A stretch of DNA of 64,000 bases, from contig JAUNVR010000002.1 in the NCBI GenBank assembly GCA_030537595.1, positions 5,750-69,749 on the forward strand. The letters are read 5' to 3'. Below the pieces are notes generated by a model. It had not been told where the DNA came from and did no database searches. It worked only from the letters and a program-made list of their open reading frames with translations. Shown piece by piece: positions 44,525 to 54,374 of the stretch. The first letter of the stretch is position 1. Every line of letters starts with the position of its first letter. The DNA comes from Eubacteriales bacterium. Its GTDB lineage: Bacteria > Bacillota > Clostridia > Saccharofermentanales > DTU023. Position numbers and translations under genes: made by a program.

Positions 44525-45373
44525 TTGTATAAAATTCTAAGTAAGCGCCGTCTAAACTCAGAGACGTGTGAGATGGAAATTGAATCAAAGCTGATTGCCA
44601 GAAAAGCTAAGCCCGGACAGTTTATTATTTTCCGGGTCGATGACGACAGTGAACGCATACCTTTAACCATTGCGGGTACTGATCCGGAGCGTAACGCAGT
44701 TAGAATCATCTTCCAGATGGTTGGTGAGGGCACAATGCGTCTTGGTGAGCTGGAAGTCGGCGATGCGATTCTAGACTTCGTTGGACCTCTCGGAAAGCCA
44801 AGTCACCTCGATGAATACAAAGGCAAGAGAGTTGCTGTTATCGGTGGTGGTTTGGGCGCAGCAATTGCCTATCCTCAGGCTGCATACCTACATAAAATCG
44901 GCGCTCAAGTCGATATGATTGTCGGTTTCAGAAATCAGGATATCATCATCTTGGAAGATGAGATGAAAGCTGCATCTGACCGCCTCTTTATCATTACTGA
45001 TGACGGGTCGAATGGGCGTAAAGGTTTCGTGACCAATGTGCTCCAGGAACTGCTGGATGAAGGCACTGAATATGATGCAGTTATCGCAGTCGGACCTCTA
45101 GTGATGATGAGAGCAGTCGCAGAACTGACCAGACCTCTTGAAATCCCCACTCTAGTTTCAATGAACACAATCATGGTTGACGGCACAGGAATGTGTGGTT
45201 GCTGCCGTGTAACAGTGGGTGGCGAAACAAAATTTGCCTGTGTTGACGGTCCGGATTTTGACGGCCATCTGGTTGATTTTGAAGAGGCCATCAGACGTTC
45301 AGGCTTGTTTAAAAAGCAAGAGCAAGAAGCAAAGGAAGAGCATATTTGCCGATTGACCGGAGGGAAGAGATAA
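44525..45373 (+). CDS. nfnA: NfnA-type ferredoxin-NADP+ reductase subunit (FAD/2Fe-2S; small subunit of NADH-dependent reduced ferredoxin:NADP+ oxidoreductase)
   Basis: 282 aa with a TTG start behind AAGGAGG. Motifs AKPGQFIIFRVDDDSERIPLTIAG and the C-terminal cluster MCGCCRV...FACVDGPDF. Confidence 0.85.
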   Translation: MYKILSKRRLNSETCEMEIESKLIARKAKPGQFIIFRVDDDSERIPLTIAGTDPERNAVRIIFQMVGEGTMRLGELEVGDAILDFVGPLGKPSHLDEYKGKRVAVIGGGLGAAIAYPQAAYLHKIGAQVDMIVGFRNQDIIILEDEMKAASDRLFIITDDGSNGRKGFVTNVLQELLDEGTEYDAVIAVGPLVMMRAVAELTRPLEIPTLVSMNTIMVDGTGMCGCCRVTVGGETKFACVDGPDFDGHLVDFEEAIRRSGLFKKQEQEAKEEHICRLTGGKR

Positions 45374-45374
45374 G

Positions 45375-46787
45375 ATGGCTAAGCAAAAAAGGAATATGAG
45401 CCTGGTTAAGGTTCCAATGCCTGAGCAGGATCCTAATGTCAGAAATAAGAACTTCTTTGAAGTAGCCTCCGGCTATACCCCGGAAATGGCAATGGAAGAG
45501 GCTCTCCGCTGCCTCCAATGTAAACATAAGCCCTGCGTCGGCGGCTGTCCGGTCAATGTACGGATTCCAGAATTTATTGCAAAAGTTGCAGAAGGCGATT
45601 TCAAAGAGGCCTATGAAATTATTACTTCGACGAATAACCTGCCTGCAGTTTGCGGTCGGGTCTGTCCGCAGGAATCACAGTGTGAGCAGCGCTGCGTACG
45701 CGCAATTAAGGGTGAACCGGTAGCGATTGGTCGCCTGGAGCGCTTTGTTGCAGACTGGTACATGGAAAATGTTGACAAAGCAATCCCTGAAATCGTGAAG
45801 AATGGTCATAAGGTGGCGGTTGTAGGTTCTGGCCCGGCCGGTCTGACTTGCGCTGGTGACCTCGCGAAACTAGGCTATGACGTAACTATTTACGAAGCCT
45901 TCCACGTACCCGGCGGTGTTTTAATGTATGGTATCCCTGAATTCCGTCTGCCCAAGAAATTGGTCCAAGCTGAAATCCAGGGTTTACGTGATATTGGCGT
46001 TCACATTGAAACCAATATGGTTATTGGCCGGATTCAATCACTCGAAGAATTAGTCGTGGATGAGAATTATGAAGCCATCTTTATTGGTACTGGTGCAGGA
46101 TTACCTACTTTCATGAGAATTGAAGGCGAGAACTTGAACGAAGTCTACTCGGCAAACGAGTTCTTAACCAGAATTAACCTAATGCGTGCCTACGATTGGC
46201 CGAATGCTAAGACTCCAATTAATATTGGTAAGAGAGTAGCAGTTATCGGTGGTGGTAACGTCGCAATGGACGCTGCACGTTCTGCGAAGCGTCTGGGTGC
46301 CGAGCACGTTTACATCATTTACCGTCGTTCTGAAGAAGAGCTTCCGGCGAGGGCTGAAGAAGTGCACCATGCGAAGGAAGAAGGCATTGAGTTCATGCTG
46401 CTGAATAATCCGGTCAGAATCGTTGACGACGGCCGCGGCTGGGTTAAGGGTATTGAACTAGTTAAAATGGAGTTGGGTGAGCCTGATGAATCAGGTCGCA
46501 GAAGACCACAGGCAATCCCAGGTTCAGAACACATAGTCGATCTGGAATCTGTAATTATTGCGATCGGCCAGAGCCCGAACCCCTTAATTAAGGACACTAC
46601 TCCAGATTTAGAATGTGCATCATGGGGCGGTATCATCGTCGATGAGGCCAGCATGAAAACTTCAAAGGATGGCGTCTATGCAGGTGGTGATGCGGTAACC
46701 GGTGCAGCGACAGTTATCTTGGCAATGGGTGCAGGTAAGACTGCAGCGAAATCCATTGATGAGTACATCAAAGCTAAGCATGCCTAA
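45375..46787 (+). CDS. nfnB: NfnB / glutamate synthase small-chain-like NADPH oxidoreductase subunit
   Basis: 470 aa. 4Fe-4S motifs CLQCKHKPCVGGCPV and CGRVCPQESQCEQRC, plus two Rossmann motifs VAVVGSGPAGL and VAVIGGGNVAMD. Confidence 0.88.
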   Translation: MAKQKRNMSLVKVPMPEQDPNVRNKNFFEVASGYTPEMAMEEALRCLQCKHKPCVGGCPVNVRIPEFIAKVAEGDFKEAYEIITSTNNLPAVCGRVCPQESQCEQRCVRAIKGEPVAIGRLERFVADWYMENVDKAIPEIVKNGHKVAVVGSGPAGLTCAGDLAKLGYDVTIYEAFHVPGGVLMYGIPEFRLPKKLVQAEIQGLRDIGVHIETNMVIGRIQSLEELVVDENYEAIFIGTGAGLPTFMRIEGENLNEVYSANEFLTRINLMRAYDWPNAKTPINIGKRVAVIGGGNVAMDAARSAKRLGAEHVYIIYRRSEEELPARAEEVHHAKEEGIEFMLLNNPVRIVDDGRGWVKGIELVKMELGEPDESGRRRPQAIPGSEHIVDLESVIIAIGQSPNPLIKDTTPDLECASWGGIIVDEASMKTSKDGVYAGGDAVTGAATVILAMGAGKTAAKSIDEYIKAKHA

Positions 46788-46858
46788 GCTAAACTAAGCG
46801 TTAAGTACAGGGGAGGCCGTTCCAATGGAGCGGCCTGCCATTTTATAGGAAGGATTTA

Positions 46859-48040
46859 ATGTTCAGAGATATCAGGATAATTCATACTGCGGATTGGCAT
46901 TTTGGCAATCCATATCGTAATTATGCTGCTGGCCTGAGCAGGGAACTGCGTAAACAGGCCTTTTTAGCACTCTCTGAATTGCAGTCCTTGATCCAAAAGG
47001 AAGCGTGTGATTTGCTGGTTTTTGCTGGCGATACCTTCCACAAAAGCTTGGCTTCAATGCCCGAAATCTTAGACTTTGATCGCTTTTTAAGCGAAGTTGA
47101 AGCCCGCTACATTATAGTTCTAGCAGGTAATCACGATCCATATTTTCCAGGCTCAAGCTGGTCTAAAATGAGGGCCTTTAATGACCCTAGAGTCATCCTC
47201 GTTGCAGAGGACAAGCCCTATTATGATTTGCCGGAATTAGGCCTGAGGATTTTTGCTAGAAGTTTTAAGGCCAAGCAGGCGCGGAAGCGGCTCTATCCTG
47301 AAAAGCTAGAAAGTCGAGCAGATTATTACAATCTATTAATTGCCCATGGTGAATTAGTGCAAGCTGGGCAAAGCTCCCTTTATCAACCACTCAGCAAGGC
47401 TTGGCTCGAAGCTCAGGACATAGACCTTTGCTTACTCGGCCATATTCATCAGCGGCAAGTGCAGTATCTGGGCTCTAGAAAGCTACCCGTGATTTATCCA
47501 GGTTCGCCCCAGAGTTTAGGCTGGGGCGAGTGTGGCCTACGTGGGGTAGAAGTTATTGAGCTTCTAGCTGGTCAAAGAAAGGCAATCAAAAATTACTTTC
47601 TGCCGCTGTCGGGGAGCAGATTTATTCAGCAAAAGATTGACCTGCAAAAGCTGCTCTCAGAAGCTAAGACGAGTGAGGCTGAGCAAGATAAAGTTACATA
47701 TCTAGCAGGCAAGATTTTGACTCTAGCCAAGTCTTGGCCGGAGTATCGCCCAGAGCGAGATCTATTAAAGCTCGATTTATATGGGGAATTAGATTTTAAC
47801 TTAGCTCTTTCCTCTCTAGAAAATTATTTGAGCCGCCATTTATTTTATCTTGAGCTTAATGATTATACCCAAGCTCAGCTGGATTTAACCCAAGTTCAGG
47901 AAGCTGAAAGTTTTATCGGGGCTGCTTATCGCGAGAGCCGCAAATTAATTGCGGCCACTAGCTCAGAGCAAGATGAGCTATTGATTAATGCGGCGTGGAA
48001 TTTACTAAAGCGAAAGTATGGGGGCTGGAATGAGATTTGA
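46859..48040 (+). CDS. SbcD/Mre11-like metallophosphoesterase (YhaO type)
   Basis: 393 aa with calcineurin-like motifs HTADWHFG, AGDTFH, AGNHD and GHIH. Confidence 0.85.
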   Translation: MFRDIRIIHTADWHFGNPYRNYAAGLSRELRKQAFLALSELQSLIQKEACDLLVFAGDTFHKSLASMPEILDFDRFLSEVEARYIIVLAGNHDPYFPGSSWSKMRAFNDPRVILVAEDKPYYDLPELGLRIFARSFKAKQARKRLYPEKLESRADYYNLLIAHGELVQAGQSSLYQPLSKAWLEAQDIDLCLLGHIHQRQVQYLGSRKLPVIYPGSPQSLGWGECGLRGVEVIELLAGQRKAIKNYFLPLSGSRFIQQKIDLQKLLSEAKTSEAEQDKVTYLAGKILTLAKSWPEYRPERDLLKLDLYGELDFNLALSSLENYLSRHLFYLELNDYTQAQLDLTQVQEAESFIGAAYRESRKLIAATSSEQDELLINAAWNLLKRKYGGWNEI

Positions 48041-50441
48041 AGAAATTAAAATCGAGGCCTTCGGCGCTTTAGTAAAGCGTAGGCTTACATTAGCTCAGGG
48101 CTTAAATATCATCTACGGCAAAAATGAAAGTGGCAAAAGCTCAATTGCAGCATTTATTTATGCTGCTTTCTATGGTTTCCCGAGAAAGCAACGTTCCTTG
48201 GAGCGTGACTTGAGGCGCAGATATCGGCCCTGGCATGCAGATGACTATGGGGGTAGGATCCGTTATCTTGAGGCAGGAAGACGCTATGAATTAAGGCGGA
48301 GTTTTGCGCAGCAAAATAGATTAGATACTGTCCATCTAATAGACAGCGAGAATGCGCGAGAGCTGAGACTTCAGAACTCTGATGCCCCGGGGGAGGAAAT
48401 ATTAGCGCTCAAAGAGGAAGAGTTTTTAACAGCCTGCTTTGTCCTCGATAGATTGGCCGGAGGATTTGATTTCAAGAGCTTACAAAGCTCTATTGCTGAG
48501 CGTAGTTTAGAAGACTACTCCGGTGAATTGTGGCAAAAGTTGCGCCGTGAATTAGAGGCGGAAAGGCGTGAGCTTAAACCTTTCAGAGGGCCGGGTGGTG
48601 CTTTGGAGGAAGTGGAAGCCCAGCTCTTGGCCCTGGATACACGTTACCGGGCAGCAATCTTAGAAGAAGAGCGTCAAGCTGATTTAGCCGCGAGGATTAA
48701 GGCAATTGAGGCTGAAATAGCGGCTTATGAGCAAGGCGCTGAAGCCTTCAGGATCCGCGAGAATTTAGCTCAGGCCCGGGCTTTTTCTGAGCGCTATGCT
48801 GCTTACCTAAGACTTGAAGACGAGTTCGAAGAAAGCCTTCAGGAGAAGGCAGGTGCAGATTTAAAAGAAGGGAATGCGGCAGCTTTTTCCGCTCGCTCGG
48901 GCCACCGTTTATCAGTCTTGGAAGTAGATGAGTTTGCAGCCTTAGACAAGCGTTTCAATGACTCGCATAAGGACTATCTCTTACGCCTCGATGAATCTGC
49001 GGATTTGCAATTTAAATTGCAGCAATTAGAGGCCCAGCTGCAGCAGTTAGAAGCGGCAAGGGCGAAGGCAAAAAGACAGCTATTGCAGGCCGAAAAAGCC
49101 TATCAAGAGGCTAATCTAGAGAGCAGAAAAGCTGAAATCTCAGAGTTGAAGAAGGAGCAATTTGAGTCCAGAAGATCGAGCTCTAATTTAGGCTTCAATC
49201 TTTTTAGCCTGGGGCTCAGTATGCTCTCTTTTATACTGGCTATTGTATTCGATAAATGGCAGTTTCTACTGGGCGGACTTGCCCTAGTTTTTGCCCTGCT
49301 TACTGTCTTTCTTTTCTGGCGCAGTGCCCAGATTGCCAAGCGGGCGCAGCGGGAACTTGAAGAACGGCAGCAGATTGATGCTAAGAAAATCGACTTCGAG
49401 CGGGGCAGGCTAGAGGACTTTCGGGCGCGTGAACTGGAACTAAAGTGGAAGCTCGAACAAAGTTACGCAGCCATCGATGAAAAGCATGCACAAGCACTTC
49501 AAGCCACTGAGCTTGCGGCAGAGGCAAAACGCAAGTTTAGCCAAGCAAAGCGCGATTATCTTTACTTTTTAGAGCGGATTTTAGGTCGCAAACCAGATGA
49601 TTCAGAGCTGGGTGAACTCTATGTAAAAATTGTCAAGACTAGTTTAAGCGGTGAGCAGACGGCGAGAGAAAAGGCTGAGTGGGAGCAGCGCAAGGCGGAA
49701 TTGCTCCAGGGTCTGTCTGAGGCTGAATTTAAGTTAAGAGCTGCTGAGGCTAGAAGTCTAGTTAATGAACTCGAGGCCAAGCTGGCTAAATTAGGGCAGC
49801 ATGGCTTAGAGTTTCCAGCAGGGGAGCATGCTGAACTAAAGCTCAGTAGGCTGAAGCGAGAGCAAGCGGACTTAGGACGGGAAATGGCTTTGTCTTTGGC
49901 CCAGGATGAAAGCGCTGCTGCGATTGCCTTAGAACTGGAAGATTTGGAGCTTAAGCACAGTAAATTAAGTCGCGAAGTAGAAATTTATGATTTGGCTTTA
50001 AAGCTTGGTGACAATGCTGAGCGAGAATTACGCCAAAGAGCCGTCCCAAGCCTAATTAAGGCCTCGGAAAAGTATTTTAGGGATTTGACTGAGGGGCGCT
50101 ACCAGGCCTTATTACAAAGTGAAGCTGGTGAAATAAAGCTCGGTCAAAGTGGAGCATCTGCTTTATATTCAGAGGCCTACTACTCAGAGGGCACTCGAGA
50201 TTTATTAGAGTTAGCACTCCGCCTAGCCTTTGGCGATTTGCTGCAAAAAAAGAGCCGTACTGCCTTAGTTTTAATCCTCGATGACCCACTTTTACGTTTA
50301 GATCAAGAACGTAAAATAAGAGCCTTTAAATTCCTCTCTGACTATGCCTTGCGGAGTGGGCGGCAGTTGATTTATCTGACAGCTGATGAGAGTTTGGAGC
50401 AGCTGGCAAAGCAAGCTCAGTTAAATCTTCAATATTTATAG
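48030..50441 (+). CDS. SbcC/Rad50-like AAA ATPase with a mid-protein transmembrane hairpin (YhaN type)
   Basis: Walker A GKNESGKSS, long coiled coils, two ~19-aa hydrophobic helices (nt 49194-49319), a signature-like YSEGTRD, and Walker B LVLILDDP. It overlaps the upstream gene. Confidence 0.8.
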   Translation: MRFEEIKIEAFGALVKRRLTLAQGLNIIYGKNESGKSSIAAFIYAAFYGFPRKQRSLERDLRRRYRPWHADDYGGRIRYLEAGRRYELRRSFAQQNRLDTVHLIDSENARELRLQNSDAPGEEILALKEEEFLTACFVLDRLAGGFDFKSLQSSIAERSLEDYSGELWQKLRRELEAERRELKPFRGPGGALEEVEAQLLALDTRYRAAILEEERQADLAARIKAIEAEIAAYEQGAEAFRIRENLAQARAFSERYAAYLRLEDEFEESLQEKAGADLKEGNAAAFSARSGHRLSVLEVDEFAALDKRFNDSHKDYLLRLDESADLQFKLQQLEAQLQQLEAARAKAKRQLLQAEKAYQEANLESRKAEISELKKEQFESRRSSSNLGFNLFSLGLSMLSFILAIVFDKWQFLLGGLALVFALLTVFLFWRSAQIAKRAQRELEERQQIDAKKIDFERGRLEDFRARELELKWKLEQSYAAIDEKHAQALQATELAAEAKRKFSQAKRDYLYFLERILGRKPDDSELGELYVKIVKTSLSGEQTAREKAEWEQRKAELLQGLSEAEFKLRAAEARSLVNELEAKLAKLGQHGLEFPAGEHAELKLSRLKREQADLGREMALSLAQDESAAAIALELEDLELKHSKLSREVEIYDLALKLGDNAERELRQRAVPSLIKASEKYFRDLTEGRYQALLQSEAGEIKLGQSGASALYSEAYYSEGTRDLLELALRLAFGDLLQKKSRTALVLILDDPLLRLDQERKIRAFKFLSDYALRSGRQLIYLTADESLEQLAKQAQLNLQYL

Positions 50442-50607
50442 CCTCAAAGATCATGGCCTTTAGACTTAGGGGATATGCTACAATATTCATGCAAAGTCAA
50501 GGCTCAAAGAGGCTAGTTAAAGTTAATTTAGAAAGCAATCTTTAGAGCATTTAGAGCTCAAGAATTGAGCATTAATAAAGGAGGAAGCGGTCTGACCGCA
50601 AGGAAGC

Positions 50608-51795
50608 ATGAAAACAGGACTAAAACGCATTCAGAAGCAAGTAAAAGAAATGCAAGACGCAGGTGTATTCGTTGAGGAGAGGGTCATCACAGGACCACAA
50701 ATGAATCGAATTAATACCCGTCAGGCAGCAGATGTAATCAATATGTGTGCCAACAACTATCTGGGCTTGGCGAATCATCCTAGATTGTTAAAAGCGGCAA
50801 AGGAAAGTTACGATAAGTGGGGTTACGGCCTTTCTTCTGTACGTTTCATCTGTGGAACACAAGAAGTACATAAAGAACTAGAGCAGGCGCTGGCTAAATT
50901 CTTTGGTTTTGAAGATGTAATTCTTTATTCCTCTTGCTTTGATGCGAATGGTGGCCTCTTTGAAACTCTCCTGGGAGCTGAGGATGCGATTATCTCTGAT
51001 GAGCTGAATCATGCCTCTATTATTGACGGAGTCAGACTCTGTAAGGCAAAGCGCTTCCGTTATAAGAATAATAATATGGAAGATTTAGAGCGCTGTCTGA
51101 AAGAGGCAGATGAGGCGGGTGCCGAAGTCAAGCTGATTGCGACTGACGGCGTTTTCTCGATGGATGGTATTATCTGTGACTTAAAGACAGTTTGTGATTT
51201 AGCAGAAAAATATGATGCCCTGGTCATGGTTGATGACTCACATGCCTCAGGCTTTGTGGGCAAGACAGGCCGAGGCACTATTGAGCACTGTGATGTGATG
51301 GGGCGAGTCGATATCTTAACCTCGACCCTAGGCAAGGCGATGGGTGGAGCCTCCGGTGGTTTTACCGCATCCTCAAAGGCTGTGGTTGATCTTTTAAGAC
51401 AAAAGAGCAGACCCTATTTATTCTCGAATACCTTAGCCCCGGCAATTGCGAACACCAGCTTGGAAGTTTTAAGAATCCTGGATGAAGATCATAGCCAGTT
51501 GGAGAAATTACAAGAGAATACTGAGTATTTCAGACGGGGTGCTGAAGAAATCGGCCTGACAATTATTCCAGGCACACATCCGATTGTGCCGGTGATGGTT
51601 TTTGACCCCTTAAAAGCAATAAAAATTGCTGATGAGATGTTAAGTCGCGGCGTTTATGTCGTGGCCTTTAAGTATCCGGTGGTCCCCAAGGAGAAAGATA
51701 GAATCAGAGTTCAGATTTCTGCTGCACACGAGCAGGCTGATTTAGACTATGTACTCTCTGTCTTTAAAGAGATGAAGGAAAAATACGAGATTTAA
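50608..51795 (+). CDS. kbl: Glycine C-acetyltransferase (2-amino-3-ketobutyrate CoA ligase)
   Basis: 395 aa alpha-oxoamine synthase. Motifs NNYLGL, DDSHASGF and the PLP lysine context TSTLGKAMGG. The N-terminus parallels E. coli Kbl. Confidence 0.85.
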   Translation: MKTGLKRIQKQVKEMQDAGVFVEERVITGPQMNRINTRQAADVINMCANNYLGLANHPRLLKAAKESYDKWGYGLSSVRFICGTQEVHKELEQALAKFFGFEDVILYSSCFDANGGLFETLLGAEDAIISDELNHASIIDGVRLCKAKRFRYKNNNMEDLERCLKEADEAGAEVKLIATDGVFSMDGIICDLKTVCDLAEKYDALVMVDDSHASGFVGKTGRGTIEHCDVMGRVDILTSTLGKAMGGASGGFTASSKAVVDLLRQKSRPYLFSNTLAPAIANTSLEVLRILDEDHSQLEKLQENTEYFRRGAEEIGLTIIPGTHPIVPVMVFDPLKAIKIADEMLSRGVYVVAFKYPVVPKEKDRIRVQISAAHEQADLDYVLSVFKEMKEKYEI

Positions 51796-51833
51796 TTATC
51801 CAAAATTACTCTGCCAAAAGTTCTGAAAAAGTC

Positions 51834-51862
51834 TTGACAAGAACCGCGGATGGTCATATCAT
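51834..51862 (+). promoter_or_regulatory. Sigma-A-type promoter for tRNA-Lys
   Basis: TTGACA, a 17-nt spacer, then TATCAT. The -10 ends 14 nt before the tRNA 5' end. Confidence 0.6.
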
Positions 51863-51876
51863 AGCAAAGCGGATAT

Positions 51877-51952
51877 GCGCCATTAGCTCAGATGGCAGAG
51901 CAACTGACTCTTAATCAGTGGGTCCCGGGTTCGATTCCCTGATGGCGCACCA
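51877..51952 (+). tRNA. tRNA-Lys (anticodon CUU)
   Basis: Acceptor gcgccat/atggcgc, anticodon arm actga-cuCUUaa-tcagt, T loop ttcgatt. The T stem has one C-U mismatch. CCA is encoded. Confidence 0.88.
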
Positions 51953-51953
51953 A

Positions 51954-51985
51954 ACCCTCACAGTTTTCACTGTGAGGGTTTTCTT
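51954..51985 (+). terminator. Intrinsic terminator after tRNA-Lys
   Basis: accctcacag-ttttca-ctgtgagggt followed by TTTT. Confidence 0.8.
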
Positions 51986-52069
51986 ATCTCTACTGGGCGC
52001 TATTGACGCAAAATGCTAAGATAGATTTAGCTCTAGATAAAGAGGACTGTGAGCTGAAAGGTGAGACTA

Positions 52070-52828
52070 ATGAATATGAAGGAAGAACTGAATTTAAAAG
52101 AATCTGCTTTGGAATTAAAAAACTTGCTTGAAGCTAGTAAGTACACAGTGTTTTTTGGTGGTGCAGGAGTCTCCACAGCCTCGAATATTCCTGACTTCAG
52201 GGGGGCTCAGGGTCTCTACACTAAGAATTTAGCTGCGGAGGAGATTTTAACCCCGCGTTTTCTCTGCACTCAGCCTGAAGCGTATTATGATTTTTACCGT
52301 AAATATTTTATGCTTGATGGTATCCAGCCGAATCCCGCCCACACTGTCTTAGCGAGGCTTGAGGCAGAAGGCTTGATTCAAGCGATTATTACCCAGAACG
52401 TTGACGGCTTACATCAAGCCGCAGGCTCTAAAAAGGTCTTTGAACTTCATGGTAGTGGCCAGTCTTTTTACTGTAATAACTGCCAGCGTGAGTACAGCTA
52501 TGAGACCGTTGACAAAATGCCCAAGGTTCCCCGCTGCGAAAGTTGTGGTGGCATCATTAGATCAAAGATTGTGCTCTATGAAGAAGGCCTGCCGGAAGCA
52601 GTGGTTCAGGCAGCCTTAGTAGAAATCATGAAGGCGGAGTTACTGATTGTCGGGGGGACCTCATTGACGGTTTATCCGGCTGCTGGTTTTATCAATTATC
52701 AGAGGCGTGGGGGGAAGCTGGTCCTGATTAATAAGGGCGAGTCTCACTGCCCGCGAAAAGTAGATTTATTTATCGACCAGCCCATTGCCGAGCTCTTTCT
52801 CGAGCTGGAGAAAATGATTTTTAATTAA
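52070..52828 (+). CDS. cobB: NAD-dependent protein deacylase (Sir2 family)
   Basis: Motifs GAGVSTASNIPDFRG and TQNVDGLH, with zinc cysteines CNNC...CESCGG. The ATG at 52070 is preferred over the GTG at 52061. Confidence 0.88.
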   Translation: MNMKEELNLKESALELKNLLEASKYTVFFGGAGVSTASNIPDFRGAQGLYTKNLAAEEILTPRFLCTQPEAYYDFYRKYFMLDGIQPNPAHTVLARLEAEGLIQAIITQNVDGLHQAAGSKKVFELHGSGQSFYCNNCQREYSYETVDKMPKVPRCESCGGIIRSKIVLYEEGLPEAVVQAALVEIMKAELLIVGGTSLTVYPAAGFINYQRRGGKLVLINKGESHCPRKVDLFIDQPIAELFLELEKMIFN

Positions 52829-52933
52829 TTGCTCAAGTGCCGGGCTTGCAGTTATTTATTTTCATGTGTTATATTTTCCGTTGAACCGGATAGTTTAGAA
52901 CGGCATTTGATGCCACGGAGGAAAAACTGAAAA

Positions 52934-54352
52934 GTGGAAGATGATACTATACCGCGATTGTTTTTGTCGCAGATTTTTGTCGCCGATGCCAGCGCTGCCG
53001 GGGCCGGAGGGACATCTTATTTGGGGAGCATTATTTTAATCCTCATTCTGATCCTGATTAATGGTTTCTTCTCAGCAGCAGAGATGGCGATTGTCACCTT
53101 AAATGAACAGAGAATTCGTAAGGAAGCTGATAGTGGTGACCGCAGGGCAAAATACCTGATTCCCTTTATTGATAATCAGGGCAGTTTTTTAGCGATGATT
53201 CAGGTCGGTGTTACACTGGCCGGCTTCTTGTCGTCAGCTTTTGCTGCCTCGAAGTTTTCAAATCCGCTGTATCTGGCGATTGACCCGAGTGGAATCCGTC
53301 CCTGGTTACATAGTCTGATTACCTTTCTCTTAACTTTGATTTTATCTTCATTTACCCTAGTCTTTGGCGAATTAGTGCCAAAGCGGATTGGGCTTTATAA
53401 GCCAGAGCAATTTGCCCGGGGCTTTGTGCCAGTATTTCGCTTTTTCTCTTTCTTCTTAAAGCCGATTGCGAGCTTCTTGAACTGGATTTCAGTTAAGGTC
53501 TCGATGCTGATTGGGATTAATCCGCAAATTGGTAATGAGCGAGTTACAGAGGAAGAGATTCGTTTAATGGCAGAGGTTTCACGCGCCTCAGGCGATATCG
53601 ATAAAGAAGAGGCGGAGATGATTAATAATATTTTCGAGCTCGATGATCGCGAGGTTTCGGAAATCATGACGCCGCGGACCAATATGGTGACCTTGCCTTT
53701 GGATGCTAGTTATGAAGAAGTTATCGAGGTTGCTGCAGCTGAGCGCTATTCGAGAATTCCAGTTTACGACGAGGACATCGATGATATCGTCGGAATTCTG
53801 CACATCAAGGACTTACTGCGCTTTGAACAAGAGAATAAGGATGAGCGAGCCTTTAGCTTAAAGGATACAATTCGCCCGGCTCTGTTTACCCCGGAAAGCA
53901 AGTCGCTATCAATTTTATTTAGAGAAATGCAACAGCACCGTCACTCGATGGCAATTGTCGTTGATGAGTACGGTGGCACTGATGGCCTAGTTTCGATTGA
54001 AGACGTGCTCGAGCAGATCGTGGGTAAAATCGAGGATGAGTATGATGAAGAGCCGGAGCCTTTTATTGAGAATCCGGATGGTTCATATACACTCGATGGC
54101 CTACTCTCTATTGATGAGGCAGCACGCTATTTACCGCGGCTAGAGATTCTGGTCGACAACGAAGATTTGGATGACTACGATACAATCGCCGGCCTGGTCT
54201 TGGGTTTACTAAAATACATTCCGAATGAGGGCGAGCAGCCTCATGTCGATTTCGGCGATTTACGTTTTACAGTACTGGAGATGGACGATCGTAGAATTGC
54301 CAGAGTTAAGGTGGAGTATATTCCGCTAGAGCAGAGTGAGTCGGACGAGTAA
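52934..54352 (+). CDS. CNNM/TlyC-family membrane protein (DUF21, CBS pair, CorC_HlyC domains)
   Basis: 472 aa with a GTG start. The N-terminal DUF21 TM region (INGFFSAAEMAIV) is followed by a CBS pair and a CorC-type C-terminal domain. Confidence 0.85.
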   Translation: MEDDTIPRLFLSQIFVADASAAGAGGTSYLGSIILILILILINGFFSAAEMAIVTLNEQRIRKEADSGDRRAKYLIPFIDNQGSFLAMIQVGVTLAGFLSSAFAASKFSNPLYLAIDPSGIRPWLHSLITFLLTLILSSFTLVFGELVPKRIGLYKPEQFARGFVPVFRFFSFFLKPIASFLNWISVKVSMLIGINPQIGNERVTEEEIRLMAEVSRASGDIDKEEAEMINNIFELDDREVSEIMTPRTNMVTLPLDASYEEVIEVAAAERYSRIPVYDEDIDDIVGILHIKDLLRFEQENKDERAFSLKDTIRPALFTPESKSLSILFREMQQHRHSMAIVVDEYGGTDGLVSIEDVLEQIVGKIEDEYDEEPEPFIENPDGSYTLDGLLSIDEAARYLPRLEILVDNEDLDDYDTIAGLVLGLLKYIPNEGEQPHVDFGDLRFTVLEMDDRRIARVKVEYIPLEQSESDE

Positions 54353-54374
54353 GGATAAGGAAGGATTAGAACTG

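Noticed and set aside
46859-50441. Considered whether the SbcD-like/SbcC-like pair is an anti-phage defence system (Lamassu/Wadjet-like SMC systems).
   Set aside because: The two-gene architecture, sizes and TM hairpin match the conserved YhaO/YhaN housekeeping-type pair of Bacillota. There are no effector, kleisin-like or additional partner genes, and the flanks are core metabolic genes (nfnAB, kbl).
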